Of a stretch of DNA of 64,000 nt, positions 52,304 to 63,225 are shown in pieces (within the stretch, counting starts at the first letter, position 1; each line of letters opens with the position of its first letter). The notes below the pieces were generated by a model, which saw nothing but the letters and a program-made list of their open reading frames with translations, was not told where the DNA came from and did not search any database. The position numbers were made by a program, and so were the translations under genes. Where the stretch lies: positions 1,344,001 through 1,408,000 of the forward strand of contig OY970061.1 in assembly GCA_963705255.1 (NCBI GenBank), in the 5' to 3' direction. The stretch is from an uncultured Methanoregulaceae archaeon (GTDB lineage Archaea > Halobacteriota > Methanomicrobia > Methanomicrobiales > Methanospirillaceae).

Positions 52304-53248
52304 TTAACCGGAGATCCCCGCACCGTAATGGTGCGGTCCCGGGTGGACGACCTCAATCAGCGACCGTTCGAAGATCTCTTCTTCCCTGACGGGCCGCGAA
52401 ATGTACCCGAGCGATTGCAGGGTCTGTACAAATTTCATCGTGGATACGATGTATTCCGGTGGCAGGGCAGCGCAGTACTTCGGCGAGATATGGTAAGTCT
52501 CCAGCACAAAATCCGGGTCGACCATGCCGGTGGTTTCTGCGACGATACGGGCGGCAGCAGGTGATTCATTCCGGATCATCCCGCACGCGGCCTCGTGGGC
52601 TGACAGGAACCCAAAGAGCAGGTCCCGGTTCTCCAGCATCCGGCGCATGACCACGATCCCGTAGCTCGGGTTGAACGGCCAGAGACGGTCCGGGGGCACG
52701 ACGAGGCGTGCGCTGCCGTACCTGCGGGCGGTCACCGCGAGGGCGGGAGTACCAGCCGCAGCTGCAATCTCCCCCTGCTGGATGGCATCGGACAGAAAAT
52801 CGGCCCAGGGATAGTTCTTCACGGTGACATCATGAAACCCGTGCTCCCGCAGCAGCTCGTTCACGATGACATCGTGGATGGACCCTTTTGGCGGAGTGCC
52901 GATCGCTTTGCCTGAGAACTGGGAGAGAAAATCCGGCATGCCAGAGCACTCACCAAGCGTGCGAATCCCGGCGCCGGCTATCATGACCGTCCCTTCCACA
53001 TGCCCTCCCGCGATACAGGCGAGGGAGAGGCCGCGGTCGATCCCGATGATCACCGGTGGAAGCCCGATATACCCGAGATCGATAGTCCCGTTCTGCATCG
53101 CGTTGATGATATCCGGCCCGGACGGGAAGAGCGCCCACGTGGCCGCAAGACCCTGGCGTTCCAGCAGGTCCGTTCCGCGAAGCAGGAATGCGGTATGGTA
53201 CATCGTCGAGAGGTGGCCAATTCTGATCTTTGCGGGTTCCTGTGGCAT
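52304..53248 (-). CDS. SsuA/NMT1-type substrate-binding protein lacking a signal peptide
   Basis: FPSGP..NAM..G.IDLGYIG.PP, GSIHDV. Confidence 0.82.
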   Translation of the reverse strand: MPQEPAKIRIGHLSTMYHTAFLLRGTDLLERQGLAATWALFPSGPDIINAMQNGTIDLGYIGLPPVIIGIDRGLSLACIAGGHVEGTVMIAGAGIRTLGECSGMPDFLSQFSGKAIGTPPKGSIHDVIVNELLREHGFHDVTVKNYPWADFLSDAIQQGEIAAAAGTPALAVTARRYGSARLVVPPDRLWPFNPSYGIVVMRRMLENRDLLFGFLSAHEAACGMIRNESPAAARIVAETTGMVDPDFVLETYHISPKYCAALPPEYIVSTMKFVQTLQSLGYISRPVREEEIFERSLIEVVHPGPHHYGAGISG

Positions 53249-53251
53249 GGT

Positions 53252-53740
53252 TCACCCTATCTTTTTCGCGACCGTGGTGATCGCTTCGCTGACCACGGAG
53301 AGTTCCGGGCGGAGCATCCCGACGGGGATATCCACGATCTTCTCGACAATGGAAGCGAGGATAGGTGCGCAGACGATCCCGGATGCCCCGTCTTTTTCCG
53401 CACGGGCCGCCGCGATGATGCACTCCTCAAGGGAATTTGCGGAATATCCCCGGATCCTGAAGCTCTTCCCGTTGACGTCCGTCTCGCGGACTTCAAGGTT
53501 GTCGAGCAGGAACCGGGCGGCGATGATCGCGATGAACCGGTCGTGCCCGGGTTCGAGGACCGAGACAATTTTTTTTATCGTCGAGAGGCGCGGGTCCCGT
53601 TCGCCAGCCGTAACCTTGTAGAGCGTCGAGGCAGGGATGCCGGTCAGCTCTGCAAGGTCCCTGACGGTCAGGTTCTTCCGCTCCAGCTCCTCGTTCAGCG
53701 CTGTGGTAAAGTCGGTCTCGAAAATCCTCTTTGACAGCAT
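53252..53740 (-). CDS. XRE-type HTH regulator with C-terminal effector-like domain
   Basis: LAELTGIPASTLYKV..GERDPR, GIVCAPI. Confidence 0.82.
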   Translation of the reverse strand: MLSKRIFETDFTTALNEELERKNLTVRDLAELTGIPASTLYKVTAGERDPRLSTIKKIVSVLEPGHDRFIAIIAARFLLDNLEVRETDVNGKSFRIRGYSANSLEECIIAAARAEKDGASGIVCAPILASIVEKIVDIPVGMLRPELSVVSEAITTVAKKIG

Positions 53741-53843
53741 ATTAACCCTTAAGTGATACTCTGAAGATTATAATTGTTACTATAAGGATAATTATTTTGC
53801 CAAATTGGAAAATTATATCAGCACGGGTACAATCATACTGAGT

Positions 53844-54647
53844 ATGCAGAGCGTTCAGTTTTCCGAACTTACGATCCTTCCCGGCGCCGACCGTTGCGGG
53901 GAGAAAGAGGGGTTTGATCGGATAACCCTCCGCCCGGGGGACACGGTCTCCATCGTAGGGTCGACCGGTTCGGGAAAATCGGCATTCATCAACGATATCG
54001 AAGTGCTTGCCCAGAAAGATACCGTCACCGGCCGTTCCATCCTGATCAATGGCGCTCCCCCGGCCGATGACATGGTCCGCGATCCCGCAAAAAAACCCAT
54101 CGCCCTCATCACCCAGAATACCCGCGTGATTGCCGACCTGACGGTAGAACGGTTCCTCGCACTTCACATACGGGCACGGGATTCCGACGCCCAGGAGCTC
54201 ATCACCCGTACGGTTGCGCTTGCCAATGAATTTACCGGGGAGAAGATTGACAAGGCCATGCGGATGACATCCATCTCCGGCGGCCAGACCCGCTCACTCC
54301 TCATCGCTGACGCCATCATGATCGGCCAGACCCCCATCCTGCTCCTCGATGAAGTGGAAAACGCCGGCATCTTCAAGGAGAAAGTCATCCGCTGCCTGAA
54401 ACATTACAACAAGGCGGTTATTTTTGTCACCCACGATCCCCTGCTCTCCCTGATCACCGACCGGAGGATCGTCATGAAACGCGGGGCAGTCGTGAGCGTC
54501 CTCGAACCAAAGGACGCTGAAAGGGAGATGATCACCCATATCTCCGGCATCGATGCATTCCTCGTGGATCTCCGCGAAAAGATACGGGCCGGGGAACTGA
54601 TCAGCGAAGATATCCTGGCACGGGACATGACGGTCATCCCTGCATGA
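53844..54647 (+). CDS. Stand-alone ABC-type ATPase
   Basis: GSTGSGKS, SGGQ, LLDE, VTHD; no adjacent permease. Confidence 0.85.
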   Translation: MQSVQFSELTILPGADRCGEKEGFDRITLRPGDTVSIVGSTGSGKSAFINDIEVLAQKDTVTGRSILINGAPPADDMVRDPAKKPIALITQNTRVIADLTVERFLALHIRARDSDAQELITRTVALANEFTGEKIDKAMRMTSISGGQTRSLLIADAIMIGQTPILLLDEVENAGIFKEKVIRCLKHYNKAVIFVTHDPLLSLITDRRIVMKRGAVVSVLEPKDAEREMITHISGIDAFLVDLREKIRAGELISEDILARDMTVIPA

Positions 54648-55351
54648 AACTCGTCATCGTTGCCGGACCGCCGAGTGCGGGGAAGACCGCGGTGATCCGG
54701 CAGATCGTCCGGGAATTTTTAACGACACGGAACCCGGTATTCCTGAAGATCGATGTTGTCCGGGCATTCGAGGACGACGAACTCAGGGAGGAGTTCGGTA
54801 TCCCGGCACGGAAAGTCTACTCCGGCGATCTCTGTCCCGACCATATGGGCATCATGATCATGCGGGACGCGATAAGCTGGGCAGAGGGCCTCAATGCCGG
54901 TATCCTCATCATTGAAAGTGCCGGGCTCTGCCTCCGCTGTACCCCCTACACGACCCAAGCATTCGGCATTGCCGTGCTCTCAGCGATCTCCGGCAGCAAT
55001 TCCCCCCTTAAGATGGCCCCCATGATCGCCCTTGCCGATGTGGCGGTGGTGACCAAGACAGACCTCGTCTCCCAGGCGGAGAAGGAAGTGTTCCGGGAGT
55101 GCATCAGGATGGTCACGCCAGGCATCGATATCATCGAGACCAACGCAATCCAGGGAACAGGTATGCGGTACCTGATGCGGGCTGTCGCGGCATATCCGGA
55201 TATTGCCGATGCAGCCACGATCACCCTGAGAGGGACCCCGCCCCTCGGGGTCTGCACGATCTGTATCGGGAAAAAAGAGATCGGGTGGCAGCACCACTTC
55301 GGCGTGATCCGGCCGCTGGAAGAGGCTGACAATATCTACCGGGGTGACTGA
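54644..55351 (+). CDS. HypB/UreG-like GTPase
   Basis: GPPSAGKT, LCPDH, ESAGLC.RC, TKTD, CTIC. Confidence 0.85.
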   Translation: MKLVIVAGPPSAGKTAVIRQIVREFLTTRNPVFLKIDVVRAFEDDELREEFGIPARKVYSGDLCPDHMGIMIMRDAISWAEGLNAGILIIESAGLCLRCTPYTTQAFGIAVLSAISGSNSPLKMAPMIALADVAVVTKTDLVSQAEKEVFRECIRMVTPGIDIIETNAIQGTGMRYLMRAVAAYPDIADAATITLRGTPPLGVCTICIGKKEIGWQHHFGVIRPLEEADNIYRGD

Positions 55352-55353
55352 CC

Positions 55354-55968
55354 ATGGCATGGGTCCCCCCGGGCAGGGACTGCGGGGCCTGCGGCCTGCC
55401 GAGCTGTGACGAGTTTGTCAGGGCGGTCAGGGAGAAGAACAAGACCAACGAGGACTGCACGTTTTACACGATCTGCCAGGGTGCACATGGTGAAAAGACG
55501 ACCTATACCGGAACCGATGTAACCGGCGCAAAATATGACTTCGTCCTCCGGGCTTTTCCCGGTGAACCTTCGGCACGCAAATTTATCGTCCCGTTCCGGG
55601 CGGATCTTGTGGAGAGATGGGACATTCAGAAGGGTGACCTCGTAACCGGCCGTCCTGCCGGACCCGGCTGCCCGGTCTATCACGCGCTCAGGGTACTCTC
55701 TGCCAACCCGGTCACGGGAGTCCTGGAGTGCCATACGGTCGGCCCGCTGGAAGCGCGGAAGGAAAAACCTCACGACGTGCAGGCCTACCATGTCCACGCG
55801 TTCGAGGGGATTGCCGAGACGATCGTCCGTCCGCCGACCCTCGGCCTCCGCCAGCGGTTCCTTCCCGGCTACTGCATGATGGACCTCTCCCATACCGCCG
55901 TGGTAAACATGGTATTGAAGAAGGAGGAGGGCACGCATGTCCGCCTTGAAGATATCAGGATCCTGTGA
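55354..55968 (+). CDS. Fe-S binding protein
   Basis: PGRDCGACGLPSC...C N-terminal FeS domain, GRPAGPGCP. Confidence 0.85.
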   Translation: MAWVPPGRDCGACGLPSCDEFVRAVREKNKTNEDCTFYTICQGAHGEKTTYTGTDVTGAKYDFVLRAFPGEPSARKFIVPFRADLVERWDIQKGDLVTGRPAGPGCPVYHALRVLSANPVTGVLECHTVGPLEARKEKPHDVQAYHVHAFEGIAETIVRPPTLGLRQRFLPGYCMMDLSHTAVVNMVLKKEEGTHVRLEDIRIL

Positions 55969-55977
55969 GCACGTTCC

Positions 55978-57252
55978 ATGATACCCAAGTACCGGGTCAG
56001 GTGCGTTGCCGGGAACGAGATCGTGGATGACATCTCCCTCCTCTCCTGCCCGCACCGGCATGATTCGCTGCTCCGGACCGAGTACAGCACCCGGAAACTC
56101 CGGCTCGCACCCCACAAAGGCATGTACCGCTACCTGGCATGGCTGCCGGTCAGCGCCCCGCTCCTCCCGTCGGGTGGGCCGGTCACGTTCACGGACCCGG
56201 GACTCTCCCGCGAGCTCGGGCTCCCGGGCCTCTCCATCTCGTTCTCCGGTTATTTCCCCGAGCGTGGGGCGGACCTCACGACCGGTTCCTTCAAGGAACT
56301 TGAGGCATCGCCCACCATGCAGCGGCTGCAGGAACTGGGCGGTAAGATCCCGGTGATCGCCTCGGCCGGCAATACCGGCAGGGCCTTTGCGGAACTCTCG
56401 GCACGGTGCAGGCGGCCGGTCGTCATTGTGATCCCGGAGAAAGCGGTTTCCCGGCTCTGGACCACGGAGCCGGCGCAGGATATCTTCCTTGTCGCTGTGA
56501 GAGGAGACTATTCGGATGCGATCGCGGTCAGCACAACCCTCGCCGCAGTCCCCGGGTGCATACCGGAAGGCGGGGCGAAGAACGTGGCCCGGCGGGACGG
56601 GATGGGCACGGTGATGCTCGATGCCGCCGCGACCACCGGCAGGATCCCTGGTCACTATTTCCAGGCGGTGGGGAGCGGTACCGGGGCGATCGCCGCGTGG
56701 GAAGCCGCGATACGGCTCATCCGCGACGGCTCATACGGGCAGCAGCTGCCCCGGCTCCACCTGGCCCAGAACGAGCCCTTTACACCGATGGTCTCGGCCT
56801 GGGCGGCACACCGGCGCGAGATCGTCCCCGCGGAGGATATGCCCGACGCGGCGGAGAGTATCGGGAAGGTCATGTCCGATGTGCTGACGAACCGGAACCC
56901 GCCGTACGGTGTCCGCGGTGGTCTCTTTGACGCTCTGCAGGAGACGCGTGGACGTATGTACGGCGTCACGAATGAGGAGGGGGCGGATGCGGAGAAGCTG
57001 ATCCGGGAGACCGTGGGGATCGATCCCGATCCCGCGGCTGCCATCGCCACCGCAGCGCTCGTACAGGCAGTGGAAAAAGATATCATCGGCCCCGGCGACC
57101 ATATTCTCCTGAACCTGACGGGCGGCGGATACGAGCGGATCCGGGAAGATTTTACGCTCTACCCGATCAGCCCTTCCGCCACGGTCTTTCCGGGTGAATC
57201 GCGGGACGAACTCGTGGCCGGGCTCAGGGAGTGGATCTCACGCTATGGATGA
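55978..57252 (+). CDS. Cysteate synthase
   Basis: Threonine-synthase fold: SFKELEA, ASAGNTGRAF, EGGAKNVARRDG, QAVGSG; precedes comDE. Confidence 0.9.
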   Translation: MIPKYRVRCVAGNEIVDDISLLSCPHRHDSLLRTEYSTRKLRLAPHKGMYRYLAWLPVSAPLLPSGGPVTFTDPGLSRELGLPGLSISFSGYFPERGADLTTGSFKELEASPTMQRLQELGGKIPVIASAGNTGRAFAELSARCRRPVVIVIPEKAVSRLWTTEPAQDIFLVAVRGDYSDAIAVSTTLAAVPGCIPEGGAKNVARRDGMGTVMLDAAATTGRIPGHYFQAVGSGTGAIAAWEAAIRLIRDGSYGQQLPRLHLAQNEPFTPMVSAWAAHRREIVPAEDMPDAAESIGKVMSDVLTNRNPPYGVRGGLFDALQETRGRMYGVTNEEGADAEKLIRETVGIDPDPAAAIATAALVQAVEKDIIGPGDHILLNLTGGGYERIREDFTLYPISPSATVFPGESRDELVAGLREWISRYG

Positions 57253-58387
57253 AGGCCAGGTCATCGCCGAATTAAAAAGCCGGAGGATCGATCTCGTCTC
57301 TGCAATCCCCTGCGACAAGGCACGGGGACTCTTCTTCCGGCTCCCGGAAGAATTCCGGCACATCGGCCTCACCCGGGAAGAAGATGGCGTGGGGATCTCC
57401 GCAGGGGCATTCCTCGCGGGGGCCCGCCCCCTGATCGCACTCCAGAGTTCCGGCCTCGGGAACATGCTGAACGCGATCCTCTCCCTCACGACCACGTACG
57501 GCCTCCCGCTCCCGATCCTCGCCAGCTGGCGGGGAGGGGAGGGCGAGACCATCCCGGCACAGGTCCCGTTCAACCGCCCACTCCCCCGCATCCTCTCGGC
57601 CGCAGGGATCCCCTTCACCATCCTTTCGGGCCCGGACAATCCCCGGGAGATTGGTGATGCCATCTCCTCCGCCTATGAAAAACGGTCGCCCCACGTGATC
57701 CTTGTCCCGCCCGGATGCATCGGGGAGAACACCTGTACTGCGGGTTGTGCAGTTCCCCGGGGCCCCCGACCATCGAAGGTCTGCTATGAAAGGAACTGGC
57801 GGGCACCGCTGATGACCAGGTTCGATGCCATCCGGACGATCGCTTCACGCATGGAGGAAGAGGTGCTGGTCTCCAATATCGGTGTGCCCTCAAAAGAGTT
57901 GTATGCCGCACGGGACCGGCCCGGAAATTTCTACATGCTGGGAAGTTACACCCAGGCTTCGGCAATCGGGCTTGGCATTGCCACGGTCAGGCCGGAGAAG
58001 CGGGTTATTGTGCTGGACGGCGACGGGAGCCTGCTTGGTTCCTCCATCCTTCCGGTGATCGGGGCAGCCGCACCGGAAAATCTCACGATCGTCGGCCTTG
58101 ACAACGGGGTCTTCGGCAGTACCGGCAACCAGCCGCGCCCGGGGTGCGACACGGTTGACCTCGCCCTCATGGCAACTGCCGCAGGTTTCAACCAGAGCAT
58201 CACTGTCCACGAACCCCGGGAACTGGAAGCGGCCATCGGGTCTTCTGCCCGGGGCGGGCCTTCCTTTATCCATGCCCGGATACAGCCCGGGAACCGCGAT
58301 GTGCCGAATATCCCGCTCAGCCCGGAACGGATCCGGGACCGGTTCATGACAGCACTTGAGACAGCCCACGGTCATACGAACCAGTGA
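57245..58387 (+). CDS. comDE: Fused sulfopyruvate decarboxylase alpha/beta
   Basis: TREEDGVGI, QSSGLGN, NFYMLGS, DGDGS, STGNQ. Confidence 0.9.
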   Translation: MDEGQVIAELKSRRIDLVSAIPCDKARGLFFRLPEEFRHIGLTREEDGVGISAGAFLAGARPLIALQSSGLGNMLNAILSLTTTYGLPLPILASWRGGEGETIPAQVPFNRPLPRILSAAGIPFTILSGPDNPREIGDAISSAYEKRSPHVILVPPGCIGENTCTAGCAVPRGPRPSKVCYERNWRAPLMTRFDAIRTIASRMEEEVLVSNIGVPSKELYAARDRPGNFYMLGSYTQASAIGLGIATVRPEKRVIVLDGDGSLLGSSILPVIGAAAPENLTIVGLDNGVFGSTGNQPRPGCDTVDLALMATAAGFNQSITVHEPRELEAAIGSSARGGPSFIHARIQPGNRDVPNIPLSPERIRDRFMTALETAHGHTNQ

Positions 58388-58659
58388 TGGTATCCGGCCA
58401 GAGCCCTGGCAGGGAAAATTTCGGCGATATCAGCATCTGTCCCCTGAAAAATTCCGCGCGGTCACACGTTTTTATATAAACAATAGCTGGAAGTACTTTT
58501 CCACCCTGAGAGATTTTTTCGTCATATTTTTCTGTTTCATCAGATCCCCGGGACCACCATGGTTTTCAATGGGCATAAATACTCAAAACCAGCACGCTGG
58601 TAATGCGAATGCTCCGTACTCCAGGGTCAGGGGCATATCTCCAGAAAGGCGGTCACGTT

Positions 58660-61094
58660 ATGACCACAGGCACCATTCAGTCCATGATCAGAAAGCAGAT
58701 CAAACCGGCAATCGTCATTTTTTTGCTCCTCACGCTTGTCACGGGTATCGTATATCCCCTGTTTGTCACCGGCATCGCACAAGTGATCTTTCCTGTACAG
58801 GCCAACGGGAACCTGATCCAGCATAACGGCAATGTCGCAGGTTCTGCGCTGGTAGGCCAGCCCTTCAGTTCCCCGGAATACTTCTGGGGCCGCCCCTCGG
58901 CAACGTCACCATTCCCCTACAATGCCGGAGCATCGACAGGCTCGAATCTCGGGCCGAACAACCCTGCACTCATCGATGCCGTGAAGGCCCGCGTCGATGC
59001 CCTCCACGCCGCAGATCCGGGGAATACGCAGGCGATTCCCGTGGACCTGGTCACGGCATCCGCAAGCGGCCTTGACCCGGACATATCTATCGCTGCCGCC
59101 GAGTACCAGGTTCCCCGCATCGCACGGGAACGGAACCTGAGCGAACAGGATGTCCATGCGCTGGTCGCGCAGCAGATCGAACCCCGTCAGTTCGGTATCT
59201 TCGGGGAGCCACGGGTCAACGTCCTCTCCCTGAACCTTGCGCTCGACGACCTCAGTGCAGGGCGCATCACAGTCTCATCGCAGCCATTGTCATGGTCCAC
59301 CCAGCTCCAGATATATTTCCAGACCCCGATGCTCGGCATGCGCATGTCAGACTGGCTCCAGCTGATCCTCTTCATCGTCATCATCGCTTTCTGCGTTGTC
59401 CCCCTTGGGGTCTGGATGGCGAAGGTATTTACCGGCAAGCCCAATTTCCTGACACCGTTGAGCGGCTTTGTCGAACAGAAATTCCTTGCACTGGGAGGTG
59501 TGGACGGGACTGAGGAGATGGACTGGAAGGAGTTTGCCATTGCCCTCATGGTCTTTACGGTCCCCTGCATTCTTGTCGTATTTCTCCTCCAGATCTTCCA
59601 GCAGTTCCTGCCGCTCAATCCTGCCGGGCTCGGGCCGGTGCCCTGGGACATCTCCCTGAACACCGCAGTCAGTTTTACCACCAACACAAACTGGCAGGCC
59701 TATGTGCCGGAAGTCACGGTCAGTTACCTCACCCAGATGGCCGGGCTCGCCGTCCAGAACTTCATATCGGCAGCAAAAGGCATCGCCGTGCTGATAGCAC
59801 TCATCTTTGCTTTCTCCCGGCGTTCGGGCACCACCATCGGCAACTTCTGGGTACTCCTCATCCGGAGCGTCATGATCCTGCTGCCAATCTGCCTCGCGAT
59901 CGCACTCGTGCTGGTCTGGCAGGGCGTCCCCCAGACCTTCAGCGGCCCGGTCACGGTCCCGCTCCTCGACCCGGTGAACGACAGTAACGGGGTTCTTGTC
60001 ACCACGCAGACGATCCCGCTCGGGCCTGTGGCATCCCAGATCGCGATCAAGCAGCTGGGCACGAACGGGGGAGGTTTCTACAACGCCAACTCCGCCCACC
60101 CGCTTGAGAATCCCACGCCGTTCTCGAACTTCCTCGAAACCCTCGCTATCCTCTTCATCCCTACGGCGCTCTGTTACACGTTCGGGAAGATGATCGGTTC
60201 GGGGCGCAAAGGGGTAGCCCTGCTGATGGCAATGACCATCATCTTCCTGCCGCTTGCCGGTATCGCGATCGCGTCCGAGCTGGGCGGGAACCCGGCATTC
60301 AGTGCACTGGGAATCGACCAGGACCCCGGGCATGCGCAGCCGGGAGGGAACATGGAGGGCAAGGAAGTGCGGTTCGGGATCGTCCCGTCGGCATTCTTCT
60401 CCGTGGTAACAACGGTCACTTCCTGCGGGGCGGTCGACTCGATGCATGATTCCTATATGCCGCTTGGCGGGTTGGTCCAGCTCTTCGATATCCAGCTGGG
60501 AGAGGTGGTATTCGGCGGCGTGGGTTCGGGACTTTACGGCATGCTCGTCTTTGCCATCATCGCCATGTTCATTGCCGGCCTGATGGTCGGCCGGACCCGG
60601 AACTCTATGGCAAGAAGATCGAACAGAACGAGATGAAGCTCTCCACCATCATCATCCTGGTCCCGATCTTCCTGATCCTCACTTTCACAGCTATTGCAGT
60701 AATGACGGCCGCGGGCCAGGCCGGGGCGTTCAACCCGGGACCGCACGGGTTCTCAGAAATCCTGTACGCCTTCTCCTCCACATCCCAGAACAATGGCAGC
60801 GCTTTTGCCGGGATCAATGCCGACAGCCTCTTCTATAACCTCGCAGGGGCATTCGCCATGTTCGTGGGACGGTACCTCGTGATCATCCTGACCCTTGCCC
60901 TTGCCGGTGCGCTCGTCACCAAGAAGATCGTTCCGGTCAGCGGAGGCACCCTGCGGGATCACCGCCCGCTCTTCATCATCTGGCTGGTGTTTGTCATCCT
61001 CATTATCGGGGGCCTGAGTTTCCTGCCCGCCCTTTCCCTTGGGCCTGTTGCAGAATTCCTGAATATGGCCGCGGGAGGAATGATCCATGTCTGA
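58660..61094 (+). CDS. kdpA: KdpC-KdpA fusion (frameshift near 60600)
   Basis: KdpC motifs ([22 protein letters not shown]) continue in frame into KdpA motifs (NTNWQ, GTNGGG, SCGA, NNGSAF). Confidence 0.88.
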
Positions 61095-63189
61095 ACATGG
61101 AAAGACCCGAAATGTCTATGATACCCCGGGTCTCTACCGGAGGGCGGTCATCGACGCATTCATCAAACTGGATCCCCGCACCCTGATCCGGAACCCGGTG
61201 ATGTTCACCGTGGAAGTCGGCAGCGTGATCACGACCCTGCTCTGGCTCCAGGCTCTTACCGGAGCGGGGGAAGCCCCGGCCGGGTTCATCGGAGCAGTCT
61301 CGGCCTGGCTCTGGTTCACCGTACTGTTTGCGAACTTTGCCGAAGCCCTTGCTGAAGGCAGGGGAAAGGCACAGGCCGACTCCCTGCGTAAAATGCGGCA
61401 GGACACAGCAGCAAAAAAACTGCATCCCGGCCACGTGATCACCAAGGGGAGGGAGCCATCATCCCTCGATTATATTGAAGTCTCATCCTCCACGCTGCGC
61501 AAGTCCGATCTCTTCTATGTAAGGGCAGGCGACACGATACCGGTCGACGGGGAGATCATCGAAGGGATCGCATCCGTCAACGAGAGCGCCATCACCGGGG
61601 AGAGCGCGCCGGTCATCCGGGAATCCGGCGGGGATCGCAGTGCGGTCACCGGAGGGACCGCGATCCTGTCCGACTGGCTCGTTGTCAGGGTCAGCGCAAA
61701 CCCCGGCGAAGGGTTCCTCGATCACATGATCAGCCTTATCGAGGGAGCAAAAAGGCAGAAGACCCCGAACGAGATCGCCCTCAATATCCTGCTCATCGGC
61801 CTGACCGCGGTCTTTATCCTTGTCTCCGCCAGCCTCTATGCCTTCTCGAAATACAGTGTCGGGGCTGCCGGTGCGGGCACTACCGTGACGATCACGGTCC
61901 TCGTCGCCCTTTTTGTCTGCCTCGCACCGACAACTATCGGCGGGTTGCTCAGCGCGATCGGCATAGCGGGGATGGACCGCCTGATCCAGCGCAATGTGAT
62001 CACGACTTCAGGCCGGGCCATCGAGGCTGCCGGTGACGTGGATGTCCTCCTGCTGGACAAGACCGGGACCATCACGCTCGGCAACCGCCAGGCCGTGGAA
62101 CTGATCCCGGTAGACAACAGCGACATCATGGATCTGGCCGAAACCACGCAGCTTGCCTCCCTTGCCGATGAGACGCCCGAGGGCCGGAGTATCGTTGTGC
62201 TCGTCAAGGAAAAATATAATCTCCGCGGCCGGTCGGTCGCTTCCACCGATGCCGGTACTGATACCCGGTTCATCCCGTTCACGAGCCAGACACGGATGAG
62301 CGGGGTTGATCAGGGAGAACTCCGCATCCGCAAGGGTGCGGCAGACGTCGTGTTCCGGTACATTGAATCACAGGGCCACACCGTCTCCGACAATCTTCGC
62401 CAGGAAGTGGACACGATCTCCCGTGCCGGGGGTACGCCCCTCGTCGTGACGCGGAACGGACAGGCACTGGGCGTGATCCATCTCAAGGATATTGTCAAGG
62501 GGGGCATCAAGGAGCGGTTTGCCCAGCTCCGGAAGATGGGGATCAAGACCGTAATGATCACCGGCGACAACCGGCTCACCGCGGCAACCATCGCGGCAGA
62601 AGCCGGGGTGGACGATTTCCTTGCAGAGGTCACGCCCGAAAGCAAGCTCAAACTCATACGGGAGTACCAGACCGGCGGGAGGATGGTCGCGATGACCGGG
62701 GACGGCACCAACGATGCCCCTGCGCTCGCCCAGGCGGATGTTGCGGTTGCGATGAATACCGGCACCCAGCCGGCCCGGGAAGCGGCAAATATGGTCGACC
62801 TGGACTCCAATCCCACGAAACTGATCGAGATCGTGGAGATCGGAAAGCAGCTCCTGATGACCCGGGGGTCACTGACCACGTTCTCTATTGCCAACGATGT
62901 AGCGAAGTATTTCGCCATCATCCCGGTCGCATTCGCCTCTACCTATCCCTCCCTTGCCACCCTCAATGTGCTCGGGCTGCACAACGGTATCCTCTCGGCG
63001 GTGATCTTCAACGCCATTATCATCGTCCTCCTCATCCCGCTTGCCCTTCGGGGCGTAAAATACCGGGCCATGTCGGCTGAAGAGGCGCTGCGCAACAACA
63101 TCCTCATCTATGGTGTCGGAGGGCTTATTGCCCCGTTCATTGGAATAAAGATCATTGATATGCTTCTGATACTGCTGGGAGTACATTGA
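61087..63189 (+). CDS. kdpB: K+-transporting P-type ATPase subunit B
   Basis: TGES, DKTGT, KGA, TGDN, GDGTND. Confidence 0.96.
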   Translation: MSEHGKTRNVYDTPGLYRRAVIDAFIKLDPRTLIRNPVMFTVEVGSVITTLLWLQALTGAGEAPAGFIGAVSAWLWFTVLFANFAEALAEGRGKAQADSLRKMRQDTAAKKLHPGHVITKGREPSSLDYIEVSSSTLRKSDLFYVRAGDTIPVDGEIIEGIASVNESAITGESAPVIRESGGDRSAVTGGTAILSDWLVVRVSANPGEGFLDHMISLIEGAKRQKTPNEIALNILLIGLTAVFILVSASLYAFSKYSVGAAGAGTTVTITVLVALFVCLAPTTIGGLLSAIGIAGMDRLIQRNVITTSGRAIEAAGDVDVLLLDKTGTITLGNRQAVELIPVDNSDIMDLAETTQLASLADETPEGRSIVVLVKEKYNLRGRSVASTDAGTDTRFIPFTSQTRMSGVDQGELRIRKGAADVVFRYIESQGHTVSDNLRQEVDTISRAGGTPLVVTRNGQALGVIHLKDIVKGGIKERFAQLRKMGIKTVMITGDNRLTAATIAAEAGVDDFLAEVTPESKLKLIREYQTGGRMVAMTGDGTNDAPALAQADVAVAMNTGTQPAREAANMVDLDSNPTKLIEIVEIGKQLLMTRGSLTTFSIANDVAKYFAIIPVAFASTYPSLATLNVLGLHNGILSAVIFNAIIIVLLIPLALRGVKYRAMSAEEALRNNILIYGVGGLIAPFIGIKIIDMLLILLGVH

Positions 63190-63225
63190 TGCTGCTGATG
63201 CTGCCCGGAGTGTGACGCGCTACCC

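Noticed and set aside
20690-60610. Mass pseudogenisation or programmed frameshifting (arsP-like, fmdE, dehydratase, arsM, cysK, cbiQ, kdpA and others)
   Set aside because: Single-base indels, often in homopolymers, in otherwise intact conserved genes point to long-read consensus errors; read polishing would decide.
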